Shown: positions 61,584 through 64,000 of the stretch, piece by piece | Numbering within the stretch: the stretch's first letter is position 1 | Layout of the letters: each line of letters starts with the position of its first letter | The notes under the pieces: model-generated | What the model saw: the letters and a program-made list of their open reading frames with translations, nothing else | What the model was told of the DNA's origin: nothing | The model's database searches: none | Assembly: GCA_963729605.1 (NCBI GenBank) | Contig: CAVSNY010000007.1 | Location: 640,001 to 704,000 of the forward strand | DNA from: an uncultured Gammaproteobacteria bacterium | Lineage (GTDB): Bacteria; Pseudomonadota; Gammaproteobacteria; DRLM01 | Direction of reading: 5' to 3' | Length of the DNA: 64,000 bases | Translations under genes and position numbers: made by a program

Positions 61584-63220
61584 GTCAGATGTTTCCTTCT
61601 GGGGTCGGCGAAGGTGATGCGAAAACAACTGCCTGCGCCCGGCATCGCAATGTAGTGGAGGCGGGCTTGATTAGATTCGCACAGCTCGCGGGAGAGGTAT
61701 AGACCGAGGCCGGTGCCGGTGTTCTCGGTGGTGAAAAACGGTTCGAATAAATGGGCCTCCGCCTCGGGCGGCACGCCGTGGCCGAAGTCGATGATGTCGA
61801 GATAAGGGTTGAGCGCGTCCGCGCCGATGCCGCCGCGCAATTCCAGGCGGGGCACGCCGAGCCGGGCCAGGCTGTAACGCAGGCCGTTGTGGCAGAGATT
61901 CCAGACGATCTGGTGAAATTGCGAAGGGTCCATGCGTACCTGAGTATCGGCTGGGACGATCTCGATGTGGATCCGGTCGGCGCCGATGTGGTGGGTGCGG
62001 CGGAAATCCAGGACGAATTCTTCCAGCCACGGTTTGAGCGCCAGGTCTTCGGGGCGGGCGCGTTGACGCCGACTGAGTTGCAATACATTCTCCACGATGG
62101 CGTTCATGCGCTGCGAGTGGTCGCGGATGATCTCGGTGAGACGGAGATCGCTGGCGCCGAGCTGGGGCGATTCCGCCAGCAACTGGCCGGCGTGGCTGAT
62201 GGCCCCCAGCGGATTGCGGATTTCGTGGGCGATGCTGGCGGTGAGCCGGCCGAGCGACGCGAGCTTCAATTGCTGCGCATGCTGGGCTAGGGCGGTGGTG
62301 TCTTCGAGAAAGATCAAGGCGCCCGATTGCGAGGCCTGTCCGAGTTTTGCGAAGCGCGGCAGGAGGCCGGGGCTGGCCGGATTGGGCCGGAACAGCGGGG
62401 TTTCACAGTCCGGATTATCCTGCCATTGCGCCAGGTGTCCGGCCAACTCGGGGGCGAGGTCGGCCAGGGTTTGCTGAATGGGGTCGGTCGGTGTGCCGAG
62501 CAGGTGCGATGCGGATTCATTGATCAAATGAATGCGCTGTTGGGCGTCGACCACGATCACGCCGGTTTGCATGCGCTGGATCACGTATTCGGTGAGCTGC
62601 TGCATATTGGCGAGATCGACGCCGCGTTGCGCGGCCAGCGCCTCGCTCTCCCGCGCCCGCTTCGCCAGCAGCCAGGCCAGGGTGGCGGTAAGGAAAAAGG
62701 TGCCGCCCAGCAGGCCGGCGTGGGTGAAGCTCGGCCCCGGCGGGGCGCCGCTGATCAACATATAAGACTCTTCGCCCAATACCGCGAGGGTGCTGATGGC
62801 CGCGTAGAGGACGGCCATCTTCCCGCTCATGAGCATGCCGCCGCCGGCGAGGGTGACGATCAGCAACGTACCGAGGCCGCTGCGTATCCCGCCGCTGGCA
62901 TAGGTCAGGGCCACGATGCAGACGATGTCGGCGAGAATCTGAAGGTGGAGCTGCCAGCGAAAGCCGGGTTTGCGGGCGCGGATGCTGACCAAGCACAACA
63001 AGGCGAACAACCCGTAGCTGAGGCTTACCATCATGAATAAATAGGGGTCGCGTTCCCCCAGGGGCCGCCATTCCAGATCGGCCAGCGCCACGATGGTGAG
63101 CAGGACCGCCAAGATCAGGCGATAGCCGTTGAGCAGTCCCAGGGGTTTCCAGGTCTGACGGTAGGCGGCGTCCGCATTGGCGCTGAGCGGTCGGAACGGC
63201 GTATGTGGGTTATTGCTCAT
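61580..63220 (-). CDS. pilS: Sensor histidine kinase PilS
   Basis: 6 TM, PAS, AHEIRNPL, FEPFFTT, GTGLGL. Confidence 0.92.
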   Translation of the reverse strand: MSNNPHTPFRPLSANADAAYRQTWKPLGLLNGYRLILAVLLTIVALADLEWRPLGERDPYLFMMVSLSYGLFALLCLVSIRARKPGFRWQLHLQILADIVCIVALTYASGGIRSGLGTLLIVTLAGGGMLMSGKMAVLYAAISTLAVLGEESYMLISGAPPGPSFTHAGLLGGTFFLTATLAWLLAKRARESEALAAQRGVDLANMQQLTEYVIQRMQTGVIVVDAQQRIHLINESASHLLGTPTDPIQQTLADLAPELAGHLAQWQDNPDCETPLFRPNPASPGLLPRFAKLGQASQSGALIFLEDTTALAQHAQQLKLASLGRLTASIAHEIRNPLGAISHAGQLLAESPQLGASDLRLTEIIRDHSQRMNAIVENVLQLSRRQRARPEDLALKPWLEEFVLDFRRTHHIGADRIHIEIVPADTQVRMDPSQFHQIVWNLCHNGLRYSLARLGVPRLELRGGIGADALNPYLDIIDFGHGVPPEAEAHLFEPFFTTENTGTGLGLYLSRELCESNQARLHYIAMPGAGSCFRITFADPRRKHLT

Positions 63221-63342
63221 CCGGGTATGCCGTCCGTCCTCTGCCGGCGGGTCCTTGGCGGGTCGATGGGTGAACTTTACATCGGCGGCGAACCGTTCGC
63301 ACTGAAGGATAGGGGTTCAGCGGGCGGAAGTTGGGTTCGCTC

Positions 63343-63573
63343 TTACGGCCGATATTGGTCCAAGTGCCCTTGACTGCAGAAATGGAGGCCATCGCGCTGC
63401 AAGGCCTCGCCTTGCGGAATATGCAGGCCACAGTGGGCGCAGCGCACCATGTTGGTGTTGTCCCGCGGTTTGGCTTGGGGACCGGTCCCCTTCCTCGGCG
63501 CCAGCCAGCGTTTGACGGCGATGACCAGCAGCCATACGACGAAAGCGATGATGAGCAGGCGTAGCAGTGTCAT
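63343..63573 (-). CDS. PP0621-like small protein
   Basis: N-terminal TM, MVRCAHCGLHIP...FCS..H; usual position upstream of pilS. Confidence 0.85.
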   Translation of the reverse strand: MTLLRLLIIAFVVWLLVIAVKRWLAPRKGTGPQAKPRDNTNMVRCAHCGLHIPQGEALQRDGLHFCSQGHLDQYRP

Positions 63574-64000
63574 ACGTGAAAATCGCGATCGGGCCGGGAG
63601 GATTTGAAACCCTTGCCCTTGGTTGCCGAGGTCACGATCACCTTCGCGCTGTAACCGAAATTTAGAAAGCGACGCATTTTATCTTCATGACTCATCGGTA
63701 TTAGGTTGGATTTGCAGCGGTGACGCAGGGGTATTTCAATCGTTATTCCCGTCACGTCGATGCCGCTGGTGGTTAGGTATGAATCTATTTCCATATTGTC
63801 TCTGACTATTATCGAATAGGGCAAGCGGGTCTAAACGGATAACCATTGCCAAACCCGGATGAATTATACGCATGAAGCGGATCATCCCCTCAATAACCAC
63901 TACAATCCATCTCAAAATCGATTTTGATCATGGATTCTTTCCGGCGGATGGATGGACGCCTGCAAAATCCCTCCCGAATTCGAGAGAGCTTGAAGCAACC

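Noticed and set aside
63570-63824. 84-aa ORF upstream of the PP0621-like gene
   Set aside because: No motif or clear RBS; AT-rich, likely regulatory DNA at the window edge.

Overview
High-GC gammaproteobacterial chromosome segment; the taxonomy is inferred from gene content and order. The housekeeping backbone is ptsI(3' part)-mgtE, oxoprolinase/hydantoinase A, a GldAFG-like ABC operon, mutM, coaD-rsmD-M16 peptidases, ftsYEX-rpoH, bioBFHCD/comF, mutT-thiE, yacG-zapD-coaE-pilDCBA, higBA and pilRS. Two things stand out. (1) bioF carries an in-frame ~0.65 kb insertion encoding a DUF559 (Vsr-like/PD-(D/E)XK-type) endonuclease domain, flanked by five CCCCTCTCCC-N6-GGGAGAGGGG palindromes. The outer copies form ~47-bp terminal inverted repeats and there are no intein motifs. 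Free-standing copies of the same palindrome, and a truncated DUF559 start next to one, occur elsewhere in the window, pointing to a repeat/nuclease mobile-element system that can live inside essential ORFs. (2) A ~24 kb respiratory island (10.5-34.2 kb, visibly lower GC in its 12-23 kb core) is built around a divergent C-family (cbb3-like) heme-copper oxidase. It includes an extended CcoO, heme-less CcoP-N-like proteins, two 4-TM 'one-third' CcoN paralogues, four more c-type cytochromes, CcoS/CcoG, FGE-fold and spermidine-synthase-like proteins, a MotA/TolQ + TM-vWA pair and several unannotated single-TM microproteins. Also seen: a perfect CIRCE upstream of rpoH, a 37-bp duplication of the mgtE 3' end, a dispersed MITE-like family and an apparently non-gammaproteobacterial-type BioB. 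All family assignments come from motif recognition, not database searches; start codons were adjusted by eye.
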